DNA from: Octopus bimaculoides
Taxonomy: Eukaryota
DNA: 63,711 bases
Direction: 5' to 3'
Assembly (NCBI RefSeq): GCF_001194135.2
Contig: NC_068984.1
Span: forward strand, 35,009,392-35,073,102
Shown one piece after another: positions 23,318 through 36,600 of the stretch. The position numbers and the translations under genes were made by a program. The notes under the pieces were generated by a model. The model was given only the letters and a program-made list of their open reading frames with translations, ran no database searches and was not told where the DNA came from. The number at the start of each line of letters is the position of its first letter. The stretch's first letter is position 1.

Positions 23318-26098
23318 AATGATTTTACCGATAAAGGTTTTTTTCATACTGAACTACTTGGCAAAATTGTTAATTATTAATTCTATTACTAATTGACGAT
23401 TCCCTGCCCTTATTCTTGTATAGATAGATAGATAGATAGATATATACTTGTGTATGAGTCCGTCATTCTGTGTGGCTGGTTGTTTTTTTACCTGTCTCTT
23501 ATTATGTAGCTATGTATTGCAAAGTCTCAGTCAAATAGAGCTTCACAAATTTGACACTATTTCCTGTATTGTGTCACGCTTCTATAAATTTTCATCTGTC
23601 GCTTTTAAAAAATAACGTGTAACATTTTATACGTGTACCCATATAAAATTTTAATTACAATTTCTTTTTATTTGAACCCTTTTATTCATTGAGTATATGA
23701 TATATAGGTAAAATATATTCAGGTTATACATTTACATTAAATATTAGAAGCGTTGTCCGTTTATTTTCACTGCAAATACGCCGTCGGTTTGCTATCGAAA
23801 AATTCGTATTCCTGCATAATCCGAGCGTAATATATTCAAAAGAATTTTTAATTCAATTCTTGGTGTTAAACATGTTTATACTTAACCATACATCAAGGGT
23901 AGATGAGTTAAACATATCTTGCAGAGTACTTCAAAGATTAAATTTATTTTCAATATATTTGTCGGGTAAATTGGTTACGGAATCCCACCTTACAGATTGA
24001 AGGTGTTTTCATTAAGGAGTGTTAGTCAGTAGATCTGACAGTGGCCACAGACACACGCAGATACATATATATACACATGCATGCATACATACATACATAC
24101 ATACATACATACATACATAAATTTATTCCCTATTCTTCTCTCCCTTCACCGTTCCCTTTCTCTCTCTCACTCTTCCTCCTTGACTCTCTCATCGCTGACA
24201 CGTAACGAAAGTGGATCTCTCCTTCTGTCCACTCCTTGCTAAAGAAAAGACGTGTTTTTCCTGTCTCCTCATGGCTCGTCTACCTAGCATTCATAATAAT
24301 TTTTCTATCGTCTTGGGTCAACAGCCCTCACCGTTTGATTTTACTGTCTTTTTCTCAGTGTCCTGTTCTTGTTAACACTTTCACCCTGCGGAAAAAATCC
24401 NNNNNNNNNNNNNNNNNNNNNNNNNNNNNNNNNNNNNNNNNNNNNNNNNNNNNNNNNNNNNNNNNNNNNNNNNNNNNNNNNNNNNNNNNNNNNNNNNNNN
24501 NNNNNNNNNNNNNNNNNNNNNNNNNNNNNNNNNNNNNNNNNNNNNNNNNNNNNNNNNNNNNNNNNNNNNNNNNNNNNNNNNNNNNNNNNNNNNNNNNNNN
24601 NNNNNNNNNNNNNNNNNNNNNNNNNNNNNNNNNNNNNNNNNNNNNNNNNNNNNNNNNNNNNNNNNNNNNNNNNNNNNNNNNNNNNNNNNNNNNNNNNNNN
24701 NNNNNNNNNNNNNNNNNNNNNNNNNNNNNNNNNNNNNNNNNNNNNNNNNNNNNNNNNNNNNNNNNNNNNNNNNNNNNNNNNNNNNNNNNNNNNNNNNNNN
24801 NNNNNNNNNNNNNNNNNNNNNNNNNNNNNNNNNNNNNNNNNNNNNNNNNNNNNNNNNNNNNNNNNNNNNNNNNNNNNNNNNNNNNNNNNNNNNNNNNNNN
24901 NNNNNNNNNNNNATATATTTATATATATATGAAGTGAGTGAGAGAAGGGGATAAGGTGATAATTATTCAAATAGATATTGTAGATAGTAAATTAAGACTC
25001 AGGAAACTTGTTTGAATGAACAGTAACGCGCGAATGCAAATAACTTATGTGTCAATAGATTTTGACTTCAATTGTACATGTGTATTTGCGTATAAGAATG
25101 AGTGTACAAGCTATTCAATGAATGAATAGATAAGAATTCATGTAGGAATTCAATGATTTAAATTGTCAAAATGGGAAAAGGAATCATTATTAGTTAAAAG
25201 AAGAATCGGTTCAAGAGGACTGTTTCATTATTGTTTGATTTAGAAAATCATCTCCCAAATTCATGGTTTTGGGAAAAAGTTCCTCTCAGCGGTAATGTAC
25301 ACGAATAATTTTATTCTAGATAGAAGTCGACTAATACTGTGTACGTAAAATCGAGATCTCGAAAACAATGCGGAAATCTACCCAAAAAGCTTCTGAAATG
25401 AATCTTTATGTAATATTGTTTATAGCTTTATGTGCATCGAAAACCACTGTTCCATAGTAATTATACACACGCGCGCACGCACGCATACCCACATTACAAC
25501 GAACTCAATGTAGTAAATGTACAATCCATATTACCCCCGAAGGCAGTTGCTCAGTTCTCGAAATAAATCAGGAATTTAAGTATATTTTGAACAACGATAA
25601 AATGTGACAGGAAGAAAGAAAGGAAAACCTATACAAAAAAGGAAATGGGAGGAGGTAGGCATTTGTCCAAAAATAATTATATACCGTTATTAGTTCTAGA
25701 CTGTTAGAATAGAAGGTAATAAGTACTTTGAAGGATAAATATTAAATTCTGCTATTTGTGAAGAAATTGAGATAACTTTTGCCTATTGATTCTAAAATAG
25801 AATTATCGAAAATTAAAAATATGCGGTGATTAACAAAACTCAGAAACTATATATAAATGGTGATTGAAAATGGAAGTGAATGTGTTTTAGTGGCTAAATA
25901 TGGATAAATGTTATTACTGATGAATTTTAATGTTTGTTTCTCAGGTTATAATTGAAGTAAAAATTAAGAGCTAAATATTTGTTGATACAGACCAAGGACA
26001 GTAAACCTACGACTTAATATATTAGTGCGTTTTGTAAAGTGATGTAATATATAAATTGACAAGTTAATACTGAGAAGGTATATGAATGTATATGCATA

Positions 26099-26881
26099 CG
26101 TGGTCTGATCAATAAGTATAGTGACTTTTGCCATAGTAACGACGCTAAAAAAGGCAGAGTGAAGCAGCTTGGCAGAGAGTGATCTTGGACGCTGCTGTGC
26201 ATGCGCGCTAAGCTTTAACGTTATAGCTCACTTCCGCTGTTTACAGCAGTGCTTGGAATGAACGTGTGTAGCTTGTGATCGTCGCATTGACCATCACAGA
26301 GAAAATTGTCATGCTGATAACTGCCCAGAGACTTACGCAAAGTTGTAGAAAGTGTATGCAGAGGGGTTTATGAGCTACACACAAGTGTGCGAGTGGTCAG
26401 ATGTTTCCAAGATGGCCGAAAAATGTCGATACGATGAACGTTCTTGGGGACCTGAAATCAGAATAAATAAGGAAGACATTGCGTGTTTCTGTGCAGCTGT
26501 GAGGGAAAATGGTCGAATCACCATCTGTGAGATATGAGAGGAAGCGCAGATTAGTTCTGTTCAGTCTATTATCGCCGAAGGTTAGGGTATGAGAGGCGTG
26601 TCTGCCAAGTTTGTGCTAAAATTGCTTTCAACTGACTAAAAAGATATTTGGGTTTCAGTTGTACAAGTTCTCCTTGATTGTGTCGAGAACGATGAAACTT
26701 TGCGTATTCTTTGAGCAGGTATCAGAAAGCTTTTTGCAAAATTTGATTCTCTGCTCAACTATCTCTGCTATGCACTGCTGTGAACTGCGGAATTACACTA
26801 GAACTTTAAACATAAGTGCACACGCATAGCAGAGTTAAAGCGGCTTCACTCTGCGTCCAAATACATATTGATCAGACCACG
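26099..26881 (+). mobile_element. Non-autonomous mariner deletion derivative (783 bp) with both TIRs and TA target duplication
   Basis: Left TA|CGTGGTCTGATCAATAAGTAT and right ATACATATTGATCAGACCACG|TA (1 mismatch). The interior encodes decayed N-terminal transposase: KVYAEGFMSYTQVCEW...ENGRITICEI...GMRGVSAKFVLKLLS...VLLDCVENDET. Confidence 0.92.
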
Positions 26882-26955
<74 letters not shown>

Positions 26956-27837
26956 CCTATACATAGAAAGAGAGGGACAGATATACGTATTGAATTATAT
27001 TATATATGAAAAACTAGTTTTCTGTAGATACATATCGGTACATTTTTTGGCTTTCAAAATTGAAACTGTGTTTTGTTTATGGTCATGCCTAATATCTATA
27101 GTCAATAAACATCCAGATGTACACATAGCCGCACAAACGCGTATACATACTCGTATACACAAGCACTCACATTCAAGTTTCATTTTACAGTCGAGTGAAA
27201 ATGGATTCAATACAGAGTACGCACAATATTTTATTAGCGGAGAATAGTACAGAAGCAACTGGAGAGGATTTAATTACGTACTGAAATATTTGTCCAAGTT
27301 GTAATATCTCACGAAATTTTAGGCTGTTTACTAAATTTTATCAATTCATAAAAATATCTTGTATGCAGAAATGCATACTTAAATCTCAGGTCACTCTTAG
27401 AACCGCTCCTAGCATGTAATCCAGGGAAACATGTCGTACACTTGGACTGTTGGGCCGTCGGACAGTTGGCCACTAATCCAGGACCCCTACCGAGCCTGTT
27501 TGCTATGGAAGGGAGTTTATGTAGGACACCTGCAGTATAAAACTCGAACTAGTCAAAAGGTTAATGAATGCAGTAAAGCCATCGACCATCCAACAGTAAC
27601 GAGACGCACTTCTTTGTTTAGATGCATTTCTACGAGAGGGTAATTCCGAAATAACACTCGACTTGTTGTAGAGCCGGACAGCTTGATCTTGATTGCCTCC
27701 GGACTACTTAATATTGTACGTGCGAATGTTAGTATTGTGTAAAATGTTATTGAATTTGGATTTCAGCATGAATATTGCTGATAATTATTGTCTTCACATC
27801 TAGAAACAAAAAAAAAACATAGAGTAGTGTCACATTC

Positions 27838-27993
27838 TAGAAGAAGACGCCGAATGGCTCTAACACCACCTTATTTATCACGCCGACACGGCTAAACATT
27901 TTAGAACAATCGTTTTCGTTCATTTCCCTCGCTTTCAGCCCATGTCTATGCGATAAATAAAGTAGTATTAGAGCCATTCGGCGTCTTCTTTTA
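27838..27993. mobile_element. Hairpin MITE-like element, ~60-bp inverted arms, TA-bounded
   Basis: AAGAAGACGCCGAATGGCTCTAA (27841-27863) has an exact reverse complement at 27968-27990. The arms extend to ~60 bp with 10 substitutions and 1 indel, around a ~35-bp spacer. Confidence 0.7.
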
Positions 27994-28610
27994 ACATATG
28001 AAGCTATGCCGTCGCTGCTTTTATTATAATTATATATAAACATGAGATGAAAAACACTTATTATATTTACATAATTTGAGTTGTCTTATCCCATTATTTT
28101 CTTTTTATTAATGGCAATACTATATAATCTTTTTCACATGCTAGATGAACCGAAGGTTCACTGTTATTGAGTAACTGTATATTTTGCCACTACGTAAAGA
28201 CTCATTTGCTTAAAGTACGATATGTATCAACGATATTTGGTGATATCGCGGGTATTGGAAACGATCGCTATTAGCTACAATTTGCCCAGCTTCTTCCCGA
28301 TACTCGCCACATAATTTAACTTCTCTTCCCTTCTCATCTCTCTCTCTCTCCTCCTTATGTCCGTCATAACCATCAACAACGCCACACACCGTATCATACA
28401 TTACCACAGGCGAAAGTATAGGTATAAAGACATACACAGACACATTCACAGACCCTCACAAGCAAGTATATATCGGATATATTAATATAAATACGTGTAT
28501 ACATAGATACATACATACACATGCGCCCCCCCCACACATATATATTCATTTACATATATATATATATATGCATATATACACAAGCATATATATATATATA
28601 TATATATATA

Positions 28611-28833
28611 CCGGAGTAAGCACATAAAATGTGCAACAAGGCGGAAGAAAGAGTACTCAAATACCAGAGGTAGAGTAATATGCTTTATTTAAAAGCAGCA
28701 GAAATATAACAATAGACTGTTACTCTCAGTTTCACGTTCCCGTTCATCGGACAGTTTTGTTCCCGATGAACGGGAACGTGAAACTCAGAGTAACAGTCTT
28801 TTATTATATTTCTGCTGCTTTTAAATAAAGTAT
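28611..28833. mobile_element. Penelope-like (pLTR-type) relic with fold-back inverted duplication, in (TA)n
   Basis: Arms 28683-28750 and 28763-28830 (68 bp each, 3 mismatches, 12-nt loop). Each arm carries a minimal hammerhead-like motif. (TA)-rich sequence lies on both sides. The Penelope assignment is inferred from the ribozyme type. Confidence 0.7.
28716..28797. ncRNA. Pair of divergent minimal type-I hammerhead-like motifs (CCGAUGA core variant)
   Basis: Plus strand: CCGATGA(28763-69)-ACG ggaa CGT-GAA-ACTC a GAGT-A(28792)-ACAGT. Minus strand (28755 to 28716): ACTGT-CCGATGA-ACG ggaa CGT-GAA-ACTG a GAGT-A-ACAGT, with intact stem I. Confidence 0.55.
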
Positions 28834-28944
28834 TTATATCTATATATATACATATATATATATATATATTTAATAATACAAAGAATATATATACATGTAT
28901 ACACACATATATGTACATATATACACACATATATGTATATACAT

Positions 28945-29323
28945 GCATATCAGGGTACAGGACGTTAGAACTATAAACCACAGACAACGGAACGAACACA
29001 TAGGAAAACGGAAAGCCCCTTGGAATATCCCTTCATCAGCTGTCTCTATTCTATCTAGACGTTTCGAAGACCAGACAGGACGTACTCTAGAATAGTCTCT
29101 TCCTGAGTAGTGGATCAACCAACTACACAGAGGATTCCAAGGTGGCAAACACAAACCAAGGCAGGAAAAAATGGACAGTGAAAACAACATTCAAAAGCTG
29201 TACGGCCAAACGCAAATCTGGGGTAGAACGCTAGTAGTTCGTCTTGCCTTCACAGCGGCTGGAGTGAAAAGAAAGCTGACCACAGGTCACACGAGAGCAG
29301 AGAGGATGGTGGGGGGAGGAAAT
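28945..29323 (-). mobile_element. Probable Penelope-like relic of another family, running into a gap
   Basis: The minus strand reads CTA-CTCAGGA-AGAGAC...GTCTTC-GAA-ACGT-C-TAG (about 29112-29057; G5 mutated), followed by a second CTGATGAAGG half-motif at about 29030-29040. Confidence 0.4.
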
Positions 29324-29943
29324 NNNNNNNNNNNNNNNNNNNNNNNNNNNNNNNNNNNNNNNNNNNNNNNNNNNNNNNNNNNNNNNNNNNNNNNNNNNNN
29401 NNNNNNNNNNNNNNNNNNNNNNNNNNNNNNNNNNNNNNNNNNNNNNNNNNNNNNNNNNNNNNNNNNNNNNNNNNNNNNNNNNNNNNNNNNNNNNNNNNNN
29501 NNNNNNNNNNNNNNNNNNNNNNNNNNNNNNNNNNNNNNNNNNNNNNNNNNNNNNNNNNNNNNNNNNNNNNNNNNNNNNNNNNNNNNNNNNNNNNNNNNNN
29601 NNNNNNNNNNNNNNNNNNNNNNNNNNNNNNNNNNNNNNNNNNNNNNNNNNNNNNNNNNNNNNNNNNNNNNNNNNNNNNNNNNNNNNNNNNNNNNNNNNNN
29701 NNNNNNNNNNNNNNNNNNNNNNNNNNNNNNNNNNNNNNNNNNNNNNNNNNNNNNNNNNNNNNNNNNNNNNNNNNNNNNNNNNNNNNNNNNNNNNNNNNNN
29801 NNNNNNNNNNNNNNNNNNNNNNNNNNNNNNNNNNNNNNNNNNNNNNNNNNNNNNNNNNNNNNNNNNNNNNNNNNNNNNNNNNNGTTATTATGACTATTAT
29901 TTTCATAATTCTCACTAGACACAGTTTCTTCATTTAATACAGA

Positions 29944-29994
<51 letters not shown>

Positions 29995-31164
29995 TTTTAA
30001 CAAAAAAAAAGTTCCTAATTCTATTTGTCTATAGATTAAAACAATATTTTAGAATTACAGTTTTCATCAGACTGGTTTAGCTGACATCGCTGTAGACTCT
30101 CGTGAAGTAAATATGGAAAACTTTAATTCTATACGTAGAAAATAACGGTATTTTATTCATATCACAGATTTCATAATATGTGCCTTTAGAGAAGTACTTA
30201 AAGGATAATTTGATCGTCTGTGCATTGTTTCTGAAAATGAAGTCCGAACTATTGCAGCTGTAGGATGTTTGCCCATTGGTCTACTCTCTCAGGACTGCAG
30301 TGTTGTTAAATACCTACAAAACCTTCTCAGCTGTTTTCTTCCCTTAACATTCTAGTGTATGATGTTACATGTATTTAGGGCAAATGAATTTTGACAGCAA
30401 ATTTCTTAGAAGCACACACTTACACACATTTAGATATGTGCCTATGATGATAGACATATACATATATATGCATTTATACAAACACCCAAACACACATAAT
30501 CTTAAGTTATGTATATAATGTCATACGTGCTATTATGCTTGCTATAACTTATTATGAAGTTGATCATTGTTAATATCAAATATTTCACGACAACAGAGAC
30601 GGTGTTTTCTTTAACTTTTAGAGTGTCTTGATACATTTACGTTGAAGTATTTAGTATCAGAAAATACCTTTTCATTGTAAACAAATACAATGACGGGAGC
30701 AATGGTAATACAATGTCCATCTTATTTCAATGATATTATGAATTCCAATCTTATAAGCGTCAATACATGGTCTGATATATTTGCTTGAATGTAAATCTCT
30801 ACTTGAGTATGTTTTCTTTCACACAGTTTATGTTTCGTATTTTCCATTTTTCATTTTCTTTAATTTGCTTCCATTTTTTTTCTTAGTATGTTGTTTCTAG
30901 TTTACGAACTTTCTTTCGAACTTCTATCACTTCATATTACGAACAAGATTATGATATATTCTAGAACACAATACATGTCAGTTGTTCAGATTTACATCAG
31001 ACTGTCGGTGTAGAATGAAGTACAGGAAACTAACCGCTAGTGTCTGTATAACAAGAATCTACCGCTTCTTCCAGTCCAATCGTTTTGCATCCTATCGTTC
31101 CAGTCGTACCGTTCTGCATCTCTTGTGCAATATGTATATATATGTATGTATGTTTCTGTGTGTG

Positions 31165-31364
<200 letters not shown>

Positions 31365-31599
31365 GCGTGTGTATGAGTTTAGATAGACTGATAAATAGAT
31401 AATGAGACACACATACAGACTTCATATACTGTCACCAAAAAGTGCGGGTGAAGTATTATATTTACATTTAGACAAGATCTGGAAAGAAACAAAGACACCA
31501 TCTTATAGATAACAAGGATTTCTTATAGAAATGTTATAGACGTTAGACATGAAACATCAGTGATTGTAGTGACTGGGAATACGACAGCCTCACAACTCA

Positions 31600-32350
31600 G
31601 TTCTAGAGAAATTCTTAGAAACAATCCAACTCGAAGGTGAGGAGATGCAATACACCACTAATATTATACTAACAGTATAACTTTCATAAAAACATGTTGT
31701 TTGCTGACCAGATCGTGCATCGTAGTCGAACTCATTCATTAAAACTTCATTGACTGCGATAGTTGCCTCTGCTACGGATCTTGTGCTACCTCAACAGATA
31801 CTATGATTTGTATGAACTTACTCAATTAGTTCGGAATTCACGGGAAGTAATATATTCATGTCGGCCAGTCACTAAAAGCTTTGAATGTAATTCAGGAATG
31901 ATATAATGATTACTGTAATGTAATTTTCCATTCTTGGTGGAACACTGCCACAGTAAGAATAGTTTTATAGTAACATGAAACATTGTTACTGGAAAAATAA
32001 TAACTACCGGGTATCTTTTACACAACTTCAGGTGTTGGGGCTTGCCGAGTAACTTAGTTTTATTGTTTCCATGGTAGAAATATATACGAAGGATGGTGAT
32101 ACTATTGAAAACTTCGAAGAAATATCGGGGTACAATTCAATAAAGGAAAGGTAAAACACTGGAAATATATATATATCTCCATGAATGTAGAGCCAATAAA
32201 AATTACAAGCATAGAACTACGCGAGGTTTAACATACTTGGGTTGCTTTATCAACGAGTTAGCTGATACCACTGCCGTCATAAAGCTGATGTTTGGCAAAG
32301 CCGAATCAACGTTTCTTCAGCTCAAGGCTATCTGGAGCATGAATATTTCT
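31600..32350 (+). pseudogene. Old RTE-clade LINE reverse-transcriptase relic
   Basis: Colinear decayed motifs DQI...NFIDCDS, VTKSFECNSGMI* (QG region) and LTYLGCFINELADTTAVIKLMFGKAESTFLQLKAIWSMNIS, resembling the RTE YLGS...RIGKA...FxQLKxIW pattern. Confidence 0.6.
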
Positions 32351-32409
32351 GAGGATGGAGAGGGGTAGAGAGAGGCAAAAGAATCACAATGGAAGTATAA
32401 GAAGAATTA

Positions 32410-32410
<1 letters not shown>

Positions 32411-32496
<86 letters not shown>

Positions 32497-32570
32497 TGTG
32501 TGTGTGTGTGTGTGTGTGTATTTGTGTGAGTGTGTATGCGTGCGTGTGTGTGTGTGTGCGTGCCTGTGCA
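32411..32570 (+). repeat. Long (TG)n microsatellite
   Basis: Seen directly. Confidence 0.95.
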
Positions 32571-33399
32571 TGTATACACGGAAAGAGAAAATCAATATAA
32601 ATATATAGGCAGATATGATGACAAACCTGGATTCTGCCAAGCAGAGGGGAAAATATTATTTTCTGGTGGAAATATTATTTCCACCATATTTGATAAACAA
32701 ACACAACTGATGGATATCTGTTTCATAACTACTTTGTAATAAAAAGAAATGAAAACATAGTTCGATGAGAACGAAACGAAAGCGGGCAGAAACTACAGAA
32801 ACAGAAAAGATTAAACGAAAGATTAGAAAGAGTATCAAAAATAATGCAATGGATACTTGACGTGGCACTTTTAGAATGAAGAAAAGAAGAGAAATAATTC
32901 GAAAACCGCCGGAAAAATTGCGACGTAATTTTTACACTAAACTACTTACTATGAATGTGCAGAAAGAAATAAAGTCTCTGAGATATTTATTAAGTAAACA
33001 ATTCTATTTTCCTACGCCAACCAGACCACAATTGTCTACCGTTACTTCCTTGCGTTTCCATCACTACTTCGCCGGCTTCAGTGAATTCTATGGTTATAGG
33101 AAAAGATGTAACAGATATTAACATACCTGTGAGGTTGTCTATACTTTCCGACTCATTGCAGGTATTAACTATTGACAAATAGTGTTAATTTTTCAACTTG
33201 CTCATAGATTCTAAATTATCTTTTCATGACGTTTCTTAACACCAGCTAATGCTAACAAGTCCCCGACAGCAATCTTTATTACCATACACTTTTATATATT
33301 CTGGTTGAGTTCACTTGTTTCTGGCGCAACTAAAAAACGTACTGGATTGTATCTAGTTATTCTCCTTTCATCAATCAATCTATCAATTTGTCCAGCTAT

Positions 33400-33623
33400 T
33401 CTTTCCCCCCTCTCTCCCTCTCTCCCTCTCTCCATCTCTCCCTGTCTCTCTCCCGCTCTCTCTCTCCCTCTCTCTCTTTCTCCCTCTCTCTCTATTCCCC
33501 TCTCTTTCTCTTTTTCCCTCTCTACCTCTCTCACTCTCTCTCTCATTTACTTTCTCTTCCTCTCTCACACTCTCTTTCTCGCTCTCTTCCTCTGCCAATC
33601 ACTTTCTTTTTCTCTTTCTCTTT

Positions 33624-33672
<49 letters not shown>
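33400..33672 (+). repeat. Degenerate (CT)n polypyrimidine tract
   Basis: ~270 bp of almost entirely C/T, ending in pure (CT)n. Confidence 0.9.
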
Positions 33673-33673
<1 letters not shown>

Positions 33674-36600
33674 CAAAGACATGCACACGCGTACGAGCTC
33701 ATGAAAACAAACACACCCCCATGCAAGGAAAATAAATAAACTGAAACGAAAACCAGAGAGAAGTATGCATTACACATACATCTATAGATATATAGACACA
33801 AAGACGCTCACATTCACGCCCACACACATATACACACATATATCATACATGCTGCAACACTGACATAGAGAAATTTCGAACACTTATATCCGTATGTGTT
33901 TGTCTTCGCGCGTATACATATATGTGCATGCATGTATAAGTACTATTCATATTGACTTAAGCATGCATTCATAAACTTTAATATATTTGTACATACATGC
34001 ACACACACGCTAGACTAAGATGGAATACAATAGTCTTTCTTTATTGTCATTTAAAGCAGCGGAACTCATACAAACGAAAATGACTGGCGAGTTAAGTAAT
34101 ATCTACTGTGATAACCTAGATTGAAGTGAACAGGAAGTCACAAGAATGCCGTGTTTTACAGTCATCGGCCTTAACTGATATTTTGATCGCTTGTTTAAAA
34201 TCTCTACGACACCAGGTGAAAAGGTGTTCCTAAATCAGATGGTTCTTTTTATTCGAGACCAGACTCTTATTCCTTGGCGTAAAAGTCAGTGAACTGACAT
34301 AAAAGTACTGAATTTGAAAATGTGCTCAAAGCGATGGTTTTTATACAACTGCATAAGAGCAGAAATTCTTGTAAATCAAAGCAACGATTTCTTTGATTAT
34401 TAACTTTCCTGCTTATTTCACTCAACTTTAGTAGCAGCTAACTTCGTCTATATCGATAATAAGAAATGGTTGCTTACAATCAGTTATTTCGATGCATATG
34501 CTTGTGCGTGTGTCATTTTAAACCTAAAGTTGAAAGCATATTTTCATGAAGTGTGAGAGTAAGGATTCGATTTTTTTTTCTGTAAGTGTCTTCGGTAAAA
34601 CAGGCGTACGTTCATGTTCTGATGAAGGTGATGTAACGCAATTTCAAGGAATGAATATAGTGAAGGACATCTGGTTTTCTTCTTAACTGGAACAGCACCA
34701 CTAGAAACAAATTCTCACTCTTTTCTTGCAGTTAATACTTTGCATGCGTTCATGACATTGATTGTTTGATGACAGTGTCGTGAGTCCAATAAATAAACGA
34801 TTCATACTATTGTTAGTATGATTGATATTATTGTTAATTTGGGTAATGACATGAATTCTGCATGTACATATCGAACTATAAACAAGTAGAATAATAGTGA
34901 CTCTTAGCACGGTTTATTCTGAGGTATTAATGGATTTAATGCATCAGTTTTATGAAACTAAAGTGATACTATTGCATCCTTAGAGATTTTCAACGCTTCA
35001 CGCCTACTTTGATACCAATCCTAAAATAAAGATTAAGTTACTCTCTAGATATTCTCCTATTTCCCTAGAAAAATTGTTTTATCATCAAAATTCTAAATAT
35101 TTCTGATCACGTAAACCGACAAAACCAATGTACATATAGATATACTTCTTTTTATTAAACACTAGGCTGGGTCTTACAACGTTAGACTTTTTTCTTGATT
35201 TACACTACTATATCTCTCTCTCTAATTTACTTTTCGAAACATGGTATAGTGTACTCTATCCCGAGTGAGAGAAATATCCTTGACCTTGCTCTAAATCTAC
35301 CGACGTTGAAGAAACATTTGCTAAAAATATTCTGTCCAAACTCATCAATCTTTCGGCCTCTTCGCTAAGGAATTAATAGAATTATATCAACCAGTGTTCT
35401 CCTCTTTTATCTCATTGACCAATGGTCACTAGTCCCGAAGAAGGTAACAAAAAATGTCTTTACATTTCATATTAACGAAGCAGTACACTCTATCAGGTGT
35501 GAGAAACTTCTTGCTAATCTGCTCGTCATAGGTCTCATCCGTCTCCCATCTCTTGGGTTGAACATTTTCAGTAACATCAGGCCACTGAGGTGTGCACTGG
35601 AGAAGAACCATCTCATCCATAGGCTATCAGTCCTTATTTGCCCCACGTTTCAATTATATCAACAGAGCTTTTCCATCTAAATAAATATCTGCATATTCTC
35701 ATCTCCAACCAAAACAGTGCCCTATGTAAATTATATCACTCTTCGCTCCTCCTTAACCATCCACACATAAGTACGATTCACAAAATTTCAGGATGATATG
35801 AAGTGTGAAAATCTCTCATAAGTTTTGTTTTAAAATGCCAATACATGATACATAACTTATATTTAAAAATTCCAATACATGGTACGTGATTGCCCAATCA
35901 GTTACTGACTCTCACTTCCTATTCGCTATTTCTAAATCGTTATTTTTCGTTTTCTCTCTCTCTAGTATTGTATTTGATCCGTTATTAACATACCGACACT
36001 TGAATGAATGGATAAGATTTGAGTATGAATAATTGGAAAGGTTCGGAACCTTATATATATTATTTGATTCTTACATTTAGGTATGCATTTATTTAATGCG
36101 CTTCTGTTGTATATGACGCACAGTTCCCTTTTGAGAGAATGGTAGGTGCACCAGTGTACTAAGTTGCGTTTAGCAATATTTAGTTTTGTTGCATATTTTC
36201 GGATGATCTTCACGGCTTGGTACCTTGGTAATCCCTATATAAACACCACACTTACTCTTCCACAAGAAACCAAACATAAAACGAAACTCACTAATGAATT
36301 CCCTTTCCTCTATCATTCTTCGACCCCCGGCTCTAAGTAGATCATTAGATTTCCTAACACCAAAGCATTTTTTCGTCAGTGTAGACGTATATACGTTCGA
36401 ATAAGCTAAACTTTCTAGTCGTTACGATTTGTTATTGAAATTGGTGTGATGATTATCTTCTGACTAAGACATAAATAATGGGGCGAGGATTTATAACATG
36501 AATTCCCTATTTACACTTACTAAGATCTTAGATTATTATTTTCTGCAAAGACAGTCAGCTCTCCATGTCATTCTCATCAAGATTGTCTCTCACGCATTCC

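Noticed and set aside
33400-33672. Polypyrimidine tract as a functional triplex element
   Set aside because: It is compatible with H-DNA, but indistinguishable from a decayed (CT)n microsatellite common in this window.
34192-34245. 54-nt open stretch between TTTTACAG and CAG|GTGAAA (SSALTDILIACLKSLRHQ)
   Set aside because: The donor is mediocre and there is no homology recognised; insufficient evidence.
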